Shown in pieces: positions 40,436-53,191 of a stretch of DNA of 64,000 nucleotides (positions within the stretch are counted from its first letter, which is position 1; each line of letters opens with the position of its first letter). The DNA is from an uncultured Methanobacteriaceae archaeon (GTDB lineage: Archaea > Methanobacteriota > Methanobacteria > Methanobacteriales > Methanobacteriaceae). The notes under the pieces were generated by a model. That model saw only the letters and a list, made by a program, of their open reading frames with translations, searched no databases and was not told the DNA's origin. The stretch covers positions 803,790 to 867,789 of the forward strand of contig CAVRCP010000051.1 of the NCBI GenBank assembly GCA_963719565.1, written 5' to 3'. The translations under genes and the position numbers were made by a program.

Positions 40436-41635
40436 TCACCAATTCAAATCTTTTTTACAAACGTTTTGATAACAAGCCGCCTGTATAGCATAGTTTTTCA
40501 CCATTCCCACTATTTCTCGCTGATCAGTCTCTTTATCTTCAAAAGAAACGGCTTGTTCCTGGTAAAGACTGTATGGAGATTTCCTGCCTAAAATTCTTAA
40601 ATTACCTTTATGCAATCTTATCCTCACCACACCAGAAACTCGTTTCTGCATGTTATTAATGAGACAATCAAGGTCTTCTCGAAGAGGTTCATGCCACAAT
40701 CCATTATAAATTAACTCAGAATAAGTTTGAGCAGTATTTTCAGCGAATTTTAATTCTTCTCTGCTTAGCACAATTTGTTCAAGAGCTTTATGGGAGGTTA
40801 TTATCAGAACGGCGCCGGGTGTTTCATAATTCTCCCTAGATTTAAGACCTATAATACGGTCCTCAATTATATCGATTCTTCCAATTCCATGTAATCCACC
40901 GATTCTATTGCATTCTTTTATTATCTCAACTGGACCTAATTTTTTATCATCTAAAGCGGTTGGAACTCCTTCTTCAAACTTAATTTCAAGTATCTGAGCT
41001 TCATCTGGTGCATTGTTACTGGAGCGAGTCCAGTTAAAGGCTTCTTCTGGCATTTCCACCATAGGATCCTCGAGTATATCTCCTTCAATTGATCTACCCC
41101 AAATATTTTCATCGATACTGTAAAGTTCGAAGATAGGTAAAGGTATGCTATGGGATTTAGCATATTCTATTTCTTCACTTCTAGTGAGATTTAAATCTCT
41201 TACGGGTGCTATTATATTGCAACTTGAATTGGATCGTATAGTGGATTCAAATCTAAACTGGTCATTACCTTTACCTGTGCATCCATGGGATATGGCTACT
41301 GCATTCTCTTTTTTGGCTAGTTCAACTATTTTCATAGCTATCAATGGTCTTGCTAGGGCTGTGCTTAAGGGGTATCCTTCATAGGTTGCATTGGCTTTTA
41401 TAGCTTTAAATATATAATCTGTGGCAAATTCGTCCTTTGCATCGATAGTGTAATGCTTTGAAACGCCGATCTCATGAGCAACTCGACTAGATCTTTCAAC
41501 TTCTTTTTCTGGCTGCCCTACATCGACACAGACTGTAATAACTTCCATATTATATTTTTCTTGGAGTAACTTGATACATACTGATGTGTCGAGTCCACTG
41601 CTGAACGCTAGAATCACCTTTTCCATTTTCTTCAT
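40436..41635 (-). CDS. argG: argininosuccinate synthase
   Basis: PP-loop AFSSGLDTS; conserved ArgG blocks ([27 protein letters not shown]); 399 aa. Confidence 0.9.
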   Translation of the reverse strand: MKKMEKVILAFSSGLDTSVCIKLLQEKYNMEVITVCVDVGQPEKEVERSSRVAHEIGVSKHYTIDAKDEFATDYIFKAIKANATYEGYPLSTALARPLIAMKIVELAKKENAVAISHGCTGKGNDQFRFESTIRSNSSCNIIAPVRDLNLTRSEEIEYAKSHSIPLPIFELYSIDENIWGRSIEGDILEDPMVEMPEEAFNWTRSSNNAPDEAQILEIKFEEGVPTALDDKKLGPVEIIKECNRIGGLHGIGRIDIIEDRIIGLKSRENYETPGAVLIITSHKALEQIVLSREELKFAENTAQTYSELIYNGLWHEPLREDLDCLINNMQKRVSGVVRIRLHKGNLRILGRKSPYSLYQEQAVSFEDKETDQREIVGMVKNYAIQAACYQNVCKKDLNW

Positions 41636-41765
41636 CCGTCCTAAATCATTTTTTTTTAATGTTAATTAAATTTTTTAAAATATGAATATTTTTTATACTC
41701 TAATAAAAATAATCTTAGAATAAATATAAATATACATTAATTCTTTATAAATCCTCAATTTAAAC

Positions 41766-42509
41766 TTGGTGGATTTCATGATGACAGAACTTGAACTAAG
41801 AACAATCTCTCCTGAGACGTTTGGAGATATCCGTAGAAATGAAATTCTTGTGGAGCACATTCTTAATAATGATTTTACTAACAGAATACTTAAAACCGCT
41901 TTGAAGGGAACTCCACTGATTAAGATTGGAAACGGTCATCCACGGTTAATGTTGACTGCGGGGGTTCATGGAAACGAGCTTCCACCTCAAATAGCAGCTT
42001 TAAGAATGGCTGAGAATCTAAAATCACAAGATATAAGTGGAACCGTATTCATCATTCCATTTGCCATACCCCAGGCCACGATGCATGGCTCAAGAAGATT
42101 TAAAGGTTTTGATATGAATAGAAAAGCTTCGAGTGAGGGTTATATTACTAATAAGATAATAGAAAATATTAAATTCCTGAAAATAAGCGCTGTAGCTGAT
42201 TTCCATGCCACTAAACCGAACAGTAATCCGGGAGTTGAGAGTATTTTCTGCTCCAAAAAACCCTGTGTTGAAAGCTTTAAGATAGCAGAGCATATTAATG
42301 AAATTACCTCATCCAAAGTTATTTGTCATGAAATTGCTGGAAGTTTGTACAATGGAGCATTAGAAGATGAATGTAATCTCACTGGAGTGCCTGCGGTGAC
42401 ATGTGAAGTAGTATCCTATAATAATAAAATAGATTCTGGAAGTTTTGAAAGATTTTATCTGCAGATGATGGCATACCTAGATTACTTTGATGTCATTCAA
42501 AATAAATAA
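41766..42509 (+). CDS. succinylglutamate desuccinylase/aspartoacylase (AstE/AspA) family zinc hydrolase
   Basis: GVHGNE zinc-binding motif and downstream His/Glu ligands; 247 aa. Confidence 0.65.
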   Translation: MVDFMMTELELRTISPETFGDIRRNEILVEHILNNDFTNRILKTALKGTPLIKIGNGHPRLMLTAGVHGNELPPQIAALRMAENLKSQDISGTVFIIPFAIPQATMHGSRRFKGFDMNRKASSEGYITNKIIENIKFLKISAVADFHATKPNSNPGVESIFCSKKPCVESFKIAEHINEITSSKVICHEIAGSLYNGALEDECNLTGVPAVTCEVVSYNNKIDSGSFERFYLQMMAYLDYFDVIQNK

Positions 42510-42830
42510 GTATCATATACAGTTTATTCAAATGTTTTTATTCGGATTGAATGCATTCTAATAAAGAAAAGTCTTTATTTTCATTATTCACGGCTTTGTC
42601 ACTCTTCTTGATGTTTTAACCTTTCCATAGCGATTATGAGAGATCAAATATTATTTTAGGTTTACTATGAGGACTGAATGTAAAATATATTTAAATTAAT
42701 AAGATAATGGTTGAAGAATTGAAGTGTAAAAATTAATATTTATTATCTTAATGCAAATTTTTTTTTATTCATTTTCAACGTGCAATTGTTGTCGTTGGAT
42801 TATTGGCTCTTGCAGCATTCAGACTTCGAA

Positions 42831-42855
42831 AATGAATTCTGAGAGAGAATTCATT
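42831..42855. repeat. perfect 10-bp inverted repeat with 5-nt spacer in the long ehb upstream region
   Basis: AATGAATTCT-gagag-AGAATTCATT. Sits in an 830-bp non-coding region upstream of ehbA, preceded by a locally GC-rich 50 nt. Confidence 0.5.
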
Positions 42856-43197
42856 CATTCTAATTTTTATAAGTATCTATCTCAATATCTTTTTTTTGAA
42901 GTTCATTTTTATTTTTCTACATAATTATATCTAATTCCTAAAATACCTCAATACCTTGTTTTGATTAATAGAAGCTTTATTTAGTATTTCTTTTTATTGG
43001 CTTACTTTTAGTGAGAAATTAAAATCAATTATTAGTTATTGAATAACTAAATTTTTTTTATTTCGGAAACAAATTTTTAGCCTGTATTCGATTAGGAAAT
43101 AGCTTTCTTAGATTCCATGAATTAGTATAATTGCTTCCCATGCTTAATTACAATTCTTTAATTATTTAGACGACTATTATGGGTCAAATAAATAATC

Positions 43198-43228
<31 letters not shown>

Positions 43229-43340
43229 TGAATTGTAATTATCATGGCCATAAATAAATCTAGATTACATGATAATTGAACCGGATTTACCGGTTTGTGA
43301 TGTCTATAATTCATGATGTAATTATTGAAGGGAGTATACA

Positions 43341-43652
43341 ATGTTTCTAGTGAGAATATTCTATGGAATAGCTTATTTCGCTGTTTTGCTATTCGAAATA
43401 GGTAAAGCTACATTGGATGTTGCAATCAGAACGGTGAATGGAAAAGTTGAACCAGTGGTAGTAGAGATTGAAACTGAACTTAAAAGACCAATTTCCCAAA
43501 CCATACTGGCAAACAGCATTACTTTAACACCAGGAACACTTTCAATTGACTTAGATTCAGAAAATCATATATTAAAAGTTGCAACTATAAGTCCTAGAAG
43601 TAAAGAAGAAGTAATCCCATTTGAACAGTACATAAAAGGGATGCTAGAATAA
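43341..43652 (+). CDS. ehbA: energy-converting hydrogenase B subunit A
   Basis: First gene of a 16-gene cluster. The cluster has a 14[4Fe-4S] polyferredoxin, a 2[4Fe-4S] ferredoxin, NiFe small and large subunits, and NuoL-like and NuoH-like membrane subunits in the order known for Methanothermobacter ehbA-Q. Subunit letters in all ehb features are assigned by position. Confidence 0.55.
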   Translation: MFLVRIFYGIAYFAVLLFEIGKATLDVAIRTVNGKVEPVVVEIETELKRPISQTILANSITLTPGTLSIDLDSENHILKVATISPRSKEEVIPFEQYIKGMLE

Positions 43653-43713
43653 TTAAATATTATCCTGATAAATTCCATTTAAACCTAAAAAAAAATGATG
43701 AAGGGATGTTAAA

Positions 43714-43983
43714 ATGGATATACTATTGTTATCTGAATATATTCTAATGGCTGCATTGGCTATATTTGTCCTCGCCACTATAAGAATCACTACTAGAAAA
43801 ACCATAGCAATGAGTTTAGTAGGACTGTCGGGATTAAGTATAGCAGTCGCAACTATCTTAATCTTAATTCAAATCATCTATAACATTGGATTCTGTGTAA
43901 ATATAGCAACTGCTCTTATAATTTTGGGACCAGTAGGTACCATAGCGTTTTCAAAAGTTTTAAAGGGTGATTTGAGTGACTGA
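43714..43983 (+). CDS. ehbB: Ehb small integral membrane subunit
   Basis: 89 aa, 3 TM helices; position in the cluster. Confidence 0.5.
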   Translation: MDILLLSEYILMAALAIFVLATIRITTRKTIAMSLVGLSGLSIAVATILILIQIIYNIGFCVNIATALIILGPVGTIAFSKVLKGDLSD

Positions 43984-44248
43984 TGTAATAACTCTGATAA
44001 AGTCAGCGATTCTAATAATATCCGCCGTATTGGTATTACTCACTGCTCTGGGAATTTTAAGATATAGGGATGACTTGGATAGGGTGATTTACGCCCGAAT
44101 ACATATATTGGGAGTGGCTGATGTAGCTTGTATTCTTGCTTTACTGGTTTTAGGTCAGTATATTTTAGCGGTAGCATATTTTATATTGGCGCCTTTTAAT
44201 GCACACGCCATAGCTAACGCCTTCTACTATGGGGAGGAGAAGAAATGA
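43976..44248 (+). CDS. ehbC: Ehb small integral membrane subunit
   Basis: 90 aa, hydrophobic; overlaps neighbouring genes by a few nt, which suggests translational coupling. Confidence 0.5.
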   Translation: MTDVITLIKSAILIISAVLVLLTALGILRYRDDLDRVIYARIHILGVADVACILALLVLGQYILAVAYFILAPFNAHAIANAFYYGEEKK

Positions 44249-44487
44249 TTGAATACATTGAATACGTACTCATGTTAACCACGGTTCTTGGAGCTGTAAT
44301 AGCTCTATTACAAAGAGATCTTTTAAAGGCGGCCATATTAACTGGAATCCCTGGTGCTTCTTTGGCTTTCTTGTATCAATTTTTACTTGCTCCTGATGTG
44401 GCATTGACACAGGCTATTGTGGGATCAGCGATTGTCCCAGTATTTTTCGCCCTGGCTGTTCTCAGAACACGTAGAATGGAGGAATAA
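44245..44487 (+). CDS. ehbD: Ehb small integral membrane subunit
   Basis: 80 aa, hydrophobic; 4-nt overlap with ehbC. Confidence 0.5.
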   Translation: MIEYIEYVLMLTTVLGAVIALLQRDLLKAAILTGIPGASLAFLYQFLLAPDVALTQAIVGSAIVPVFFALAVLRTRRMEE

Positions 44488-44490
44488 AAA

Positions 44491-44862
44491 ATGGTAATAT
44501 ATTCTCAGCTTTTTTCATTTTTCACAGCGGGTTCATTGATAGTTATAGGAATATTTGCTGCATTATTCCTCGATAATCTTATAAAGAAGATCATTGGTTT
44601 AGCTTTCATAGGTGATGGTGCTAATCTGTTTATAATTACTATGGGCTATAAACCCGGGGGAATTGTCTATATATTCCTTCCCAATATGACTATTAGTAAT
44701 TTTGCCCAAAACGCATCTTATCCTCTCCCATTTGCCTTGGTACTGACTAGTATTGTTATTGGGGCTAGTACCCTTGCGGTAATGCTGGGATTAGTCATTG
44801 TACTTAATAAAAGGCATGGTTCAATAAGTGCTTCTAAGATTTTAGGAGATGAGAGGGAGTAA
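44491..44862 (+). CDS. ehbE: Ehb small integral membrane subunit
   Basis: 123 aa, hydrophobic. Confidence 0.5.
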   Translation: MVIYSQLFSFFTAGSLIVIGIFAALFLDNLIKKIIGLAFIGDGANLFIITMGYKPGGIVYIFLPNMTISNFAQNASYPLPFALVLTSIVIGASTLAVMLGLVIVLNKRHGSISASKILGDERE

Positions 44863-44947
44863 AGATGCTTCATAATTTATATAATCAAATAAGAATGGTA
44901 TTCAATATGAATCTATTATTATTAAATGATTCAGGGGATGTTTAGCA

Positions 44948-46441
44948 ATGGATCCATTTATTCCTATAATGGTTATCCTGCCAATTGCAAGTGCACTTTT
45001 CCTGAATTTATTGCATAAAAATGATCGCACAGTCAAAATATTAGCTATAGTCACCGCGTTAGTATTGCCCATTATCCCCTTAGTAACAGGTTTTGGTTCT
45101 CACTATTTCGGAGGCTATGCTCCTCTAGCTCAAAATTCAGCTATAGCTCAGGGCTTACCATCATTAATAACTGGCACACAATTATTTATATTCCATCCAG
45201 CAATCACCTACGTATTTGCCAGTGCGCAAAAGATAATGATATTCGTGTTAGGACTTATAGCATTCTTCGCTATTTTTACGTCTTTAAGCGAGACTAAAAA
45301 ACCTTCAGGAGTTTATGCGTTCTTAATGTTCATGGGTACAGCTGCTGTAACTGCCATTCTACTCTCTGATGATATATTCAATTTATATGTTTTCTTTGAA
45401 ATAGCTGCCTTAGCACAAGTAGGAATTGTTATTGCATCGAATGTAAAGCATAACTATGAAACTGCGCTTAAATACGTGATACTAGGAAATATCGCAGGTC
45501 CTTTACTTCTTTTGGGAATAGCATTACTGTTAGGAGTTACAGGAAATGTTAACATAACAGACATTATCTTTTCCATAAAACATGGATATATAAACCCTCA
45601 AAATCCAGTGCTTCTTATGGCGTTAGGTCTTATAACATTTGGATGGCTTTATGGTTCAGGATTACCACCATTTCACACCATTAAATCAGCTTTATACAGT
45701 AAGGCTCTACCTCATGGTGCGGCCTTAATTCAGGCTTTAACAGTATTCATAATGGTAGCTTTAGGAGTGATAATTCTCAGAATCTTCTCCTATCTGCCAT
45801 TCTCTAAAATGGCTATCATAGCAGTATCGCTGTTAGCCCTGGTTCTCAGTATCACTATGGCCATAGTGCAAACGGATTTCAAAAGGATGATTGGTTACTT
45901 AGCATTAGGTGAATTAGGTTATATAGGAATAGGATTAGGATTAGGAACCACATTGGGGATTACTGCTGGTCTTTTCCAAGCTGTGAATGAAGCTATAATT
46001 ACAGCATTCCTCTTTATAGGATTCGGAACAGTTCTATATAAAACAAGAATCAGTGACACTCGTAAATTGGGAGGGATGATGTTTGAAAATCCAAGGGTGG
46101 CTCTACTAGTCCTTTTGGCGGGTTTAGCTATGGCGGGTGTTCCACCATTAAATGCCTTCCAGAGTAAATTAATGCTTGTCCAGGCGTCTATACAGGCAGG
46201 AGTACCTGAACTGGGTATTATTATGATACTTTTAAGTATTGTAACTTTTATGACATTTATGAAGGCTTTTTACACCATATATATGCGACCGAAGCCTTAC
46301 AACCTTGAAATACATGATTATAAAATACCTAAAGCTACCATTATATCGTTAGTGGCATTTTTAATCATTTGTTTAATATTAGGTTTGTTCCCGCAAATTG
46401 CAACAAGCAATCTACAAACTTTAGCTTCAAGCCTGGTTTAA
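44948..46441 (+). CDS. ehbF: Ehb antiporter-like membrane subunit (NuoL/M/N, MnhD family)
   Basis: 497 aa with ~14 TM helices. Conserved antiporter-module blocks (..[15 protein letters not shown]...[12 protein letters not shown]..). Confidence 0.7.
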   Translation: MDPFIPIMVILPIASALFLNLLHKNDRTVKILAIVTALVLPIIPLVTGFGSHYFGGYAPLAQNSAIAQGLPSLITGTQLFIFHPAITYVFASAQKIMIFVLGLIAFFAIFTSLSETKKPSGVYAFLMFMGTAAVTAILLSDDIFNLYVFFEIAALAQVGIVIASNVKHNYETALKYVILGNIAGPLLLLGIALLLGVTGNVNITDIIFSIKHGYINPQNPVLLMALGLITFGWLYGSGLPPFHTIKSALYSKALPHGAALIQALTVFIMVALGVIILRIFSYLPFSKMAIIAVSLLALVLSITMAIVQTDFKRMIGYLALGELGYIGIGLGLGTTLGITAGLFQAVNEAIITAFLFIGFGTVLYKTRISDTRKLGGMMFENPRVALLVLLAGLAMAGVPPLNAFQSKLMLVQASIQAGVPELGIIMILLSIVTFMTFMKAFYTIYMRPKPYNLEIHDYKIPKATIISLVAFLIICLILGLFPQIATSNLQTLASSLV

Positions 46442-46442
46442 A

Positions 46443-46796
46443 ATGGGGAGATTTAATATGAGTATTTATGATTTAATATTAAAAAGAATACGCGAAATAC
46501 AGGGAAAAACTGAAGAACAGGAACCCCTAACCAATATTTCAGCTTCATCCATGTTAACGGCTGAAATAACTTTAATTTCATCACTTTTAATCGCATTAAT
46601 TATGGTAAGACTAATAAATAAGGCTTTGATGATAGTTTTAGTAATAGCCGTATTCTTTATAGCATTAATGATCACGCCCATCATGCCCAAACTGATGAGG
46701 GAACAGAACGATTCCTTCAGTAATATGATATTCTACATCGTATTGGCACTGGGAATTCTAATAGCCCTATTTTATTGGGGGAATTTAAATGTATGA
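46443..46796 (+). CDS. ehbG: Ehb small integral membrane subunit
   Basis: 117 aa, hydrophobic. An alternative start at ATG ~46458 (MSIYDL..) is possible. Confidence 0.45.
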   Translation: MGRFNMSIYDLILKRIREIQGKTEEQEPLTNISASSMLTAEITLISSLLIALIMVRLINKALMIVLVIAVFFIALMITPIMPKLMREQNDSFSNMIFYIVLALGILIALFYWGNLNV

Positions 46797-47073
46797 AGGA
46801 TTAAAAAATTTAATAGGCTTAATAGCGCTTTTAGTGTTTGCAATAACACTATTTAATGCGATATACGGGTTTAATCAGGTATTATACCCTGGAATTAGTT
46901 ACCTTTACAATTGGGTAGGACCTAATATAGCTCCTAACATGGTTACAAATGTAGTATTCGACTGGAGAGGATACGACACTCTGGGAGAAGCTTTAATATT
47001 GGTAAGCGCAGTAGTAGTGACTTTACTAATATTTGGAAGAGGAAGAGTAAAGTTGGGAGGAGAACAAGAATGA
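46789..47073 (+). CDS. ehbH: Ehb small integral membrane subunit
   Basis: 94 aa, 2-3 TM helices. Confidence 0.45.
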   Translation: MYEGLKNLIGLIALLVFAITLFNAIYGFNQVLYPGISYLYNWVGPNIAPNMVTNVVFDWRGYDTLGEALILVSAVVVTLLIFGRGRVKLGGEQE

Positions 47074-47552
47074 GTACGATACTTAAAATATTCGTGTTTC
47101 CAGCAGCTCTTATAATAATGACTTTAGGGATTGACACAATTTTAGGGGGACACATAACCCCTGGAGGAGGTTTTCAGGGTGGTGCTATAATTGCGGGCGC
47201 ATTCATATTCTGTGCGATTGTATATGGATTAAAAGACAGCCCTATCAAATTCTCCCATGATTTCATAGCTCGATTAGAAAGTGCAGGCGCACTTACATAT
47301 GTTTTTTTAGGGCTAGCTGGACTCTTATTCTCAGGATATTATCTTTACAATCTTGGAGTAGATCTTTACCATATAGTTCCACCTTTTATTAAGAATATAT
47401 TTGACTACCCTGATCCACTGCATGCTGGAATAATACCATATTTAAACTTCGTAGTTGGTCTTAAAGTATTAGTGGGTTTAAGTGCTGTAGTTATAGCATT
47501 TTTAGGGTTTAAAGAAGAGATTATTGAAGACGGAGAGGAAGAGGAGATTTAA
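47070..47552 (+). CDS. ehbI: Ehb integral membrane subunit
   Basis: 160 aa, hydrophobic, acidic C-terminal tail ([12 protein letters not shown]). Confidence 0.45.
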   Translation: MSTILKIFVFPAALIIMTLGIDTILGGHITPGGGFQGGAIIAGAFIFCAIVYGLKDSPIKFSHDFIARLESAGALTYVFLGLAGLLFSGYYLYNLGVDLYHIVPPFIKNIFDYPDPLHAGIIPYLNFVVGLKVLVGLSAVVIAFLGFKEEIIEDGEEEEI

Positions 47553-47553
47553 A

Positions 47554-47850
47554 ATGGTTTATTTTTATGCAGGTCCAGTTATTCTGGGATTCTTATTGGG
47601 ATTCATACTGGGAAGCAGGGTTAGAATATTTCCAGAAAGTAAATTGAACTTCACTTTAGGAAGTTTCATAGTCATATTAATAGCGGCTAGCATAGTTGCA
47701 TATTTAGAGGGTCCTTTTCCCTACTACATGGGATTACCACTCGCCCCTGGCTTTATATCAGGTATATTGGGCATTATAATTGGTAAAGTAACTCTCGGAA
47801 GATTGATTAAGGACGAGAATGTAGGAAGCAATGAGGAAGATCAGATTTAA
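47554..47850 (+). CDS. ehbJ: Ehb small integral membrane subunit
   Basis: The ORF-track start at 47524 overlaps ehbI by 29 nt. ATG 47554 (MVYFYAGP..) with a GAGGAAGAGGAG SD is the more likely start. Confidence 0.45.
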   Translation: MVYFYAGPVILGFLLGFILGSRVRIFPESKLNFTLGSFIVILIAASIVAYLEGPFPYYMGLPLAPGFISGILGIIIGKVTLGRLIKDENVGSNEEDQI

Positions 47851-47913
47851 AAATTTTTAGAGGGTATTTTATAAGAAACAAAAATAGATTGATGGATTTG
47901 GAAGGTACTGATA

Positions 47914-49275
47914 ATGTTTTTATCAACAAATGAATGTGAAGGAATAGGAGAATGCATTAAAGAATGTCCGACAGGGGCTATAAGATTAATAGAGGGTAAA
48001 GCATTTAGTTGCATCACCTGTGGAGCCTGTGCAGAGGCTTGTCCAAACAGCGCTATAAAAAAGAATAAATACGGAGGATATGTAGTAGATAGGGCTAAAT
48101 GCAATGCATGCGGAGTCTGCGAGATGACATGCCCAGTAAACAGCATAAGAATCGAGGATGGTATAGTTAAAGGAATATGCGCTCGATGCGGAATATGCGC
48201 CGATACTTGTCCTCTGAAAGCTAGAATAGATGCCTACGAGATTATAGAAAAAAGGCAACTTCAATTCCTAGAGGCATTAAATCTCACAGTTCAACCAGAG
48301 ATAAGAATTCAGAAGGAAGGAATGAAGGCTGAGAGAGTGAATGTAGTTACTGAAGAGGATAAATGCACGTTATGTGGGCGATGCGAGTACTACTGTCCTA
48401 CTGGTGCCATAATGGTGGATTTAAACCAGGAAGGAGAATGTGCAAATTGTAGAGTCTGTGAAGATGTTTGTCCTGCTGGAGCAATAACAGATAATGTTAT
48501 AGATGTTGATAAGTGTACGTTATGCCTTAAATGTGTTAAAGAATGTCCCAACAAGGCCATATACATTGAAGATTTTAAGATTAAAATTAGAAAACCAGAA
48601 TCTGATAAAGAACCTGAAGGAATTATAGTTTCATGTTTGAATTGTGGTTTATGCGCTGACGCCTGTTCTCAAGGTGCGCTTAGAGTGATTGACGGTAAAA
48701 TACGATATGATCCCACTCTTTGCGAGGAATGTGAAAACATGGAATGTTTAGATGTTTGTCCAGTGGAAACTCTCCGTTTATCAGATGAAACTGAAGGAAT
48801 AATTAAGGGCTTTTGTGTTTCCTGCGGTCGTTGTGTTAAAGCATGTGATGTGAATGAAGCCAGAAACTTCCAGGATATCACTTGGGAAGGAAATGTTTCA
48901 GAGGATTGTATATCCTGCGGAGTATGTGCAGAAATCTGTCCTAAAGAGGCTATAACTCTTAAAAGAGGTTCAATTGATGTTGATTTGGATAAATGTATTT
49001 TATGTGAGAAATGCGCTATTCATTGTCCGACTGACGCTATACCCAAAACCACTATGCGTAAAAAAATGATAACTGAAGGATTCACATACATTCAAGATAA
49101 ATTATGCATGCAATGCAAGTTATGCACTAAAATATGCCCTGAGGAAGCTATCACTGAAATGGATGATGGTAAGATAGTGGTGGATGAATCTAAATGCACT
49201 TATTGTGGAGCCTGCTCCAATGCTTGTCCAGCTAGAGCTATATTATTTGAAAGAGAATTTGAGGTGGCACCATGA
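47914..49275 (+). CDS. ehbK: Ehb 14x[4Fe-4S] polyferredoxin
   Basis: Fourteen CxxCxxCxxxC(P/S/D) cluster motifs counted along the 453 aa. Confidence 0.8.
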   Translation: MFLSTNECEGIGECIKECPTGAIRLIEGKAFSCITCGACAEACPNSAIKKNKYGGYVVDRAKCNACGVCEMTCPVNSIRIEDGIVKGICARCGICADTCPLKARIDAYEIIEKRQLQFLEALNLTVQPEIRIQKEGMKAERVNVVTEEDKCTLCGRCEYYCPTGAIMVDLNQEGECANCRVCEDVCPAGAITDNVIDVDKCTLCLKCVKECPNKAIYIEDFKIKIRKPESDKEPEGIIVSCLNCGLCADACSQGALRVIDGKIRYDPTLCEECENMECLDVCPVETLRLSDETEGIIKGFCVSCGRCVKACDVNEARNFQDITWEGNVSEDCISCGVCAEICPKEAITLKRGSIDVDLDKCILCEKCAIHCPTDAIPKTTMRKKMITEGFTYIQDKLCMQCKLCTKICPEEAITEMDDGKIVVDESKCTYCGACSNACPARAILFEREFEVAP

Positions 49276-49757
49276 AAGATTTTATTAGAATATTTCTCGA
49301 GGGAATTATTAACAATGTCAACAGGATCCTTTTCGCCTCAGACCGCGTAACTGATATGGAAATCCGGAGTAGTATCCTAGAAGGTAGAGTCACTCCAACA
49401 GATAAAGTTGCGGAGGTTCCTTGTATAGGCTGTGGAGGGTGTTGTAATGCATGTCCTACCGATGCTATAGATATGGTGGATCTGGATGAACCAGTAGAGA
49501 TGATGGAAGGATTGGTTAAAAAACAGATACCAATTTTAAATAGTGAAAAGTGCGTTAATTGTTACTATTGCCATGATTTCTGCCCACTTTACGCTTTATT
49601 TGGGAAAGCTGGAACTATCCATCCTAATGATGTTGGAGAAGCTGAATCGGATATATCACAGCTTCTTGAGAAACCTATTAAAATATCTGATGATAAAATA
49701 GCATTCATAGCTCAATATCTGTCAGATTCAACCGTTTTAAAGAAAAGAAAACAGTAA
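49272..49757 (+). CDS. ehbL: Ehb 2x[4Fe-4S] ferredoxin
   Basis: [12 protein letters not shown] and [12 protein letters not shown] motifs; 161 aa; 4-nt overlap with ehbK. Confidence 0.7.
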   Translation: MKDFIRIFLEGIINNVNRILFASDRVTDMEIRSSILEGRVTPTDKVAEVPCIGCGGCCNACPTDAIDMVDLDEPVEMMEGLVKKQIPILNSEKCVNCYYCHDFCPLYALFGKAGTIHPNDVGEAESDISQLLEKPIKISDDKIAFIAQYLSDSTVLKKRKQ

Positions 49758-49850
49758 AATAAGTAATTTATTAAAAATTTTATAAATGTATAAAAAAAAT
49801 TTGGATTTATTTAGAGGGAAAAACCGTAAAATACTTACAAACAATTTAAA

Positions 49851-50306
49851 GTGATCACAATGAGTTTAAAATCATATTCAAGAGCCAGAGCCGTACATGT
49901 TATGTTGGTGTATACAGGTGGATGTAATGGCTGCGATATTGAAATAGTGAATTGTATTTTTTCACCGAAATACGATGCAGAGCAATACAAAATATTCCTC
50001 ACTTGGAATCCAAGAGAAGCCGATGTACTGGTGGTTACTGGTCCAGTAACTAAACATAATGAACAACCACTACGTGAAATATACAATGCTATTCCAGAAC
50101 CTAAGGCGGTTATAGCTGCAGGGGCCTGTGCATTAATGGGTGGAGTTTATAAGAATATCAACGGCGATATTCCATCAGAGGAAATCATGGGGCCAGTAGA
50201 TAAAATCATACCTGTGGATGCTAAAGTACCTGGCTGCGCCGTGCGGCCGGAAGATGTATTAGCCGGAGCAGTTGCAGCTTTACCCAAACTATTGAATGCA
50301 AAATAG
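49851..50306 (+). CDS. ehbM: Ehb [NiFe] hydrogenase small subunit (NuoB/HycG-like)
   Basis: Proximal-cluster Cys pattern (GGCNGC...GACA...PGC) typical of energy-converting hydrogenase small subunits; 151 aa. Confidence 0.8.
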   Translation: MITMSLKSYSRARAVHVMLVYTGGCNGCDIEIVNCIFSPKYDAEQYKIFLTWNPREADVLVVTGPVTKHNEQPLREIYNAIPEPKAVIAAGACALMGGVYKNINGDIPSEEIMGPVDKIIPVDAKVPGCAVRPEDVLAGAVAALPKLLNAK

Positions 50307-50434
50307 GAGAAATCTTATTTTATTTCATTTAGAAAAATTTGAAATGAGGATTTAAAATAAATTTACGATAATAAAAGAGGATAAACATAAAAAAAATTGT
50401 ACTTAAAATGTTTTTATGTTAATATAGGTGTATT

Positions 50435-51571
50435 TTGATGGATGAAAATAATAAACTAATTAAGAAACAGGTAATTGAGACGGAAGTCCCCATGGGAACC
50501 GTACACTCTGCAGCTATAGAACCCTATAGGGTCAGGTTATTCGTTGAAGATGAGATCGTGAAAGATGCCGAGATCACTGTAGGTGTCAATCATCGGGGTG
50601 TAGAGAGAATAATGGAAGGATTACCTGTTGAGAAGGCAAATAGTTTAACTGAGAAGATTTGTGGAATATGCTCTAACAGTCACATTTGGAATTCGGTTAT
50701 GGTTGCTGAGAAAGCCTTGGGAATCGAAGTACCTGAACGAGCATTATATATCAGGATCATCATGGAAGAACTGGAAAGATTACATAGTCACATGTTATAC
50801 TTAGCCCATGGAAGCGAAGTACTCGGTCATGAAACCTTCGCCATGAGAATGTTCTATATCAGAGAAACTGTCATGGAACTTTTAAGGATGATTGGAGGTA
50901 ACAGAGTACAGTACGGTGTACCTATTCTTGGAGGGGTAAGGCCACGTGCAGAACTCAACCAGATAATGATCCAAAATATTAAAGATGGAATGGATTATGT
51001 TGAGGAGAAAATTACAGAATTTGCCAATCGTTTCGTATCAGATCCAATGATCATGTCCCGTATAACGGGTGTTGGTATCCTCAAAAAGGAGGATGCTCTA
51101 AGATTATCAGCCAGCGGACCAACACTACGTGCAACTGGAGTGGATATAGACATTCGAAGAGAAATGCCTGAATATGATTCATTCGATTTTAATGTTATAA
51201 CCCAAGATGACGGAGACATTAAATCTAACTTGCTCGTGCGAGTACTGGAGATTCCAGAGTCAGTTAAGATAATAAGACAGGCTATAGCTAATCTTCCTGA
51301 AGGCAAAATAACTAACCGTAGTTGGGATATGGAAGACACTCCAATTACTAGTAATTACATTGAAGTGCCTAGAGGCAAGCTTTATCACTCTTATAGCTTA
51401 GATGATGGACGTGTTAGGAACGTCATTATAAGAACTCCTTCCATAACCAATATAGGAGCTATGGAGTATGCTTGTATAGGAAGTCATATTACTGATGCAC
51501 AATTAGCTATTGTGCAATGTGATCCTTGTTTCACTTGCACAGACAGGGCTATTCAAATAATCCAAATATAA
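50435..51571 (+). CDS. ehbN: Ehb [NiFe] hydrogenase large subunit (NuoD/HycE-like)
   Basis: N-terminal RICGICS and C-terminal DPCFTCTDR NiFe-ligand motifs; 378 aa. Confidence 0.85.
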   Translation: MMDENNKLIKKQVIETEVPMGTVHSAAIEPYRVRLFVEDEIVKDAEITVGVNHRGVERIMEGLPVEKANSLTEKICGICSNSHIWNSVMVAEKALGIEVPERALYIRIIMEELERLHSHMLYLAHGSEVLGHETFAMRMFYIRETVMELLRMIGGNRVQYGVPILGGVRPRAELNQIMIQNIKDGMDYVEEKITEFANRFVSDPMIMSRITGVGILKKEDALRLSASGPTLRATGVDIDIRREMPEYDSFDFNVITQDDGDIKSNLLVRVLEIPESVKIIRQAIANLPEGKITNRSWDMEDTPITSNYIEVPRGKLYHSYSLDDGRVRNVIIRTPSITNIGAMEYACIGSHITDAQLAIVQCDPCFTCTDRAIQIIQI

Positions 51572-51593
51572 AAAAAAGAGGGAGATTAAATAA

Positions 51594-52589
51594 ATGAGCA
51601 TTGCAGATTCATTAATCGCGTTAATAGCTGTGATAGGAACCTTAATAGTGGCATTCTTTGTCAGTGTCTGGCTACCTGGTATTGAGAGAAGGTTCCATGC
51701 TAGAATTCAGCAGAGAATAGGCCCACCCCTATCTACACCAGGTATCATGGCTCCCATTAAGTTCTTCTTTAAAGAAGTTATAAATCCTAATTCACCCATG
51801 CCGGGACTCTATAATGCATTACCGATCATAGGATTAATAATCACTATATTCTTATTAATGATTACTATGCCGCAATTATATGTATTTTTGGCATTCACAA
51901 GTGTAATAGCTATAGTCGGGCTTTTAAAGGTTGAAGAAATACTTTACATGTTCATGGGTTCATTATCTCAATCCATATTATCAGTTAAAATGCCCTTCCC
52001 GGACATCGTTAAAGGAGCTAAACATCCGGAAGTACCCAGATCATTTGTAGAACAACTCAGCTCCATGCGAGCCTTCAGACTAATTGCCTTTGGATCCTTC
52101 CCCGTATACATAGCTATATTCGTACCGGTATTCATAGCCAAAAGCATATTTCTTAGTGATATAGTAAGCTATCAACAGATTCATGGACCTATACTCTTCT
52201 CTTTAGCAGGTATTCTCGGTGCTATAGTCTTTTTCATAGGATTCATGATACTATTAAATGAATATCCCTTCGCCATACTCAAAACAAAAGCAGACGTTAT
52301 CGAAGGACCACTATTGGAATACGCTGCGAAATATCGAGCATACGTTTATATAAGCAGAGGATTCCTTATATTCGTCTTAGCCAGCATATTCGCCACGCTA
52401 TTCATTGGTATACCGCCCAACATCCTAAGTTGGACTATACTTATAAATATTGCCGTTACATTAGTATTCACCATGATTATGGCCACTGTGAGCACATTCT
52501 CTCCAATATTCACCTATAAACAATTTTATCCACTAGTATCAGGTGTTTCTCTCATAGGAATTCTGGCAATTATAACCTCTTTCTTATAA
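51594..52589 (+). CDS. ehbO: Ehb NuoH/HycD/CooK-like integral membrane subunit
   Basis: QQRIGPP...G....IKFFFKE N-terminal signature of the NuoH family; 8 TM helices; 331 aa. Confidence 0.7.
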   Translation: MSIADSLIALIAVIGTLIVAFFVSVWLPGIERRFHARIQQRIGPPLSTPGIMAPIKFFFKEVINPNSPMPGLYNALPIIGLIITIFLLMITMPQLYVFLAFTSVIAIVGLLKVEEILYMFMGSLSQSILSVKMPFPDIVKGAKHPEVPRSFVEQLSSMRAFRLIAFGSFPVYIAIFVPVFIAKSIFLSDIVSYQQIHGPILFSLAGILGAIVFFIGFMILLNEYPFAILKTKADVIEGPLLEYAAKYRAYVYISRGFLIFVLASIFATLFIGIPPNILSWTILINIAVTLVFTMIMATVSTFSPIFTYKQFYPLVSGVSLIGILAIITSFL

Positions 52590-52665
52590 ACTAACCTTCT
52601 GAAAAATAGAAGAATGAAAGTTAAGAATAAATAAAAAATTAGAAATATTTAAAAAAAATATTTGG

Positions 52666-52935
52666 GTGATTTTAATGAAATTCGTGGTAAGGCCCATGCA
52701 TATCATAAGTGTAGGGGGATATATCGTGGAAACCGATTTCCCCTACCGAAACATAATTGTAGTAAACTCCACTAAGGAACCCATAAAAATTGATGTTCCC
52801 ATATTCTCAGAGCAATGGATTGAAGAGCATCGGAAACTAGGACTTGAAATCACTCCCACAAAGGATGAAGATTCATTTCTACGTGCTTTTAGAAAGGCTA
52901 AAATTAAACTGGATAAGTTAAAGGCTGATTTATAA
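52666..52935 (+). CDS. ehbP: hydrophilic small protein at the 3' end of the ehb cluster
   Basis: 89 aa (GTG 52666, or ATG 52675 with a GGGTGA SD). Letter by position only. Confidence 0.35.
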   Translation: MILMKFVVRPMHIISVGGYIVETDFPYRNIIVVNSTKEPIKIDVPIFSEQWIEEHRKLGLEITPTKDEDSFLRAFRKAKIKLDKLKADL

Positions 52936-53191
52936 TTTTATAATGTCATTGATAAAATGTTCATTTAATTACAAATTAACTATTAAGACTATAAATTGAT
53001 CACCAGTCTAGTTTAGAATTTTATTCTCAAATTTTTTATCTAGCAATAATCTTTACTAGATATTCATTATGTCTAATTTTATGTTTTGTTTCCAGATTTT
53101 ATGCCGAGAGACCTGACCATGAAGTCAGAAACAACTAAATTAACCGATAAAAATTCCGCTATTAATTGTTAATAAAAAGTGGGGTAATAAA

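Noticed and set aside
42754-42933. 59-aa Cys-containing ORF (MQIFFYSFSTCNCCRWIIGSC...) in the ehb leader
   Set aside because: It has no SD, runs through poly-T DNA, has a Phe/Tyr-rich low-complexity composition, and spans the palindrome. It is most likely a non-coding regulatory region.
44866-44946. 26-aa mini-ORF ([26 protein letters not shown]) between ehbE and ehbF with an apparent SD
   Set aside because: The apparent SD is the C-terminal coding sequence of ehbE. The peptide is low-complexity and too short to judge, and the Ehb operon already has the expected gene count without it.
47524-47553. Upstream extension of ehbJ proposed by the ORF track (start 47524)
   Set aside because: It overlaps ehbI by 29 nt in a different frame and encodes a charged [10 protein letters not shown] leader. 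ATG 47554 has a strong SD and yields a membrane protein beginning with a TM helix.
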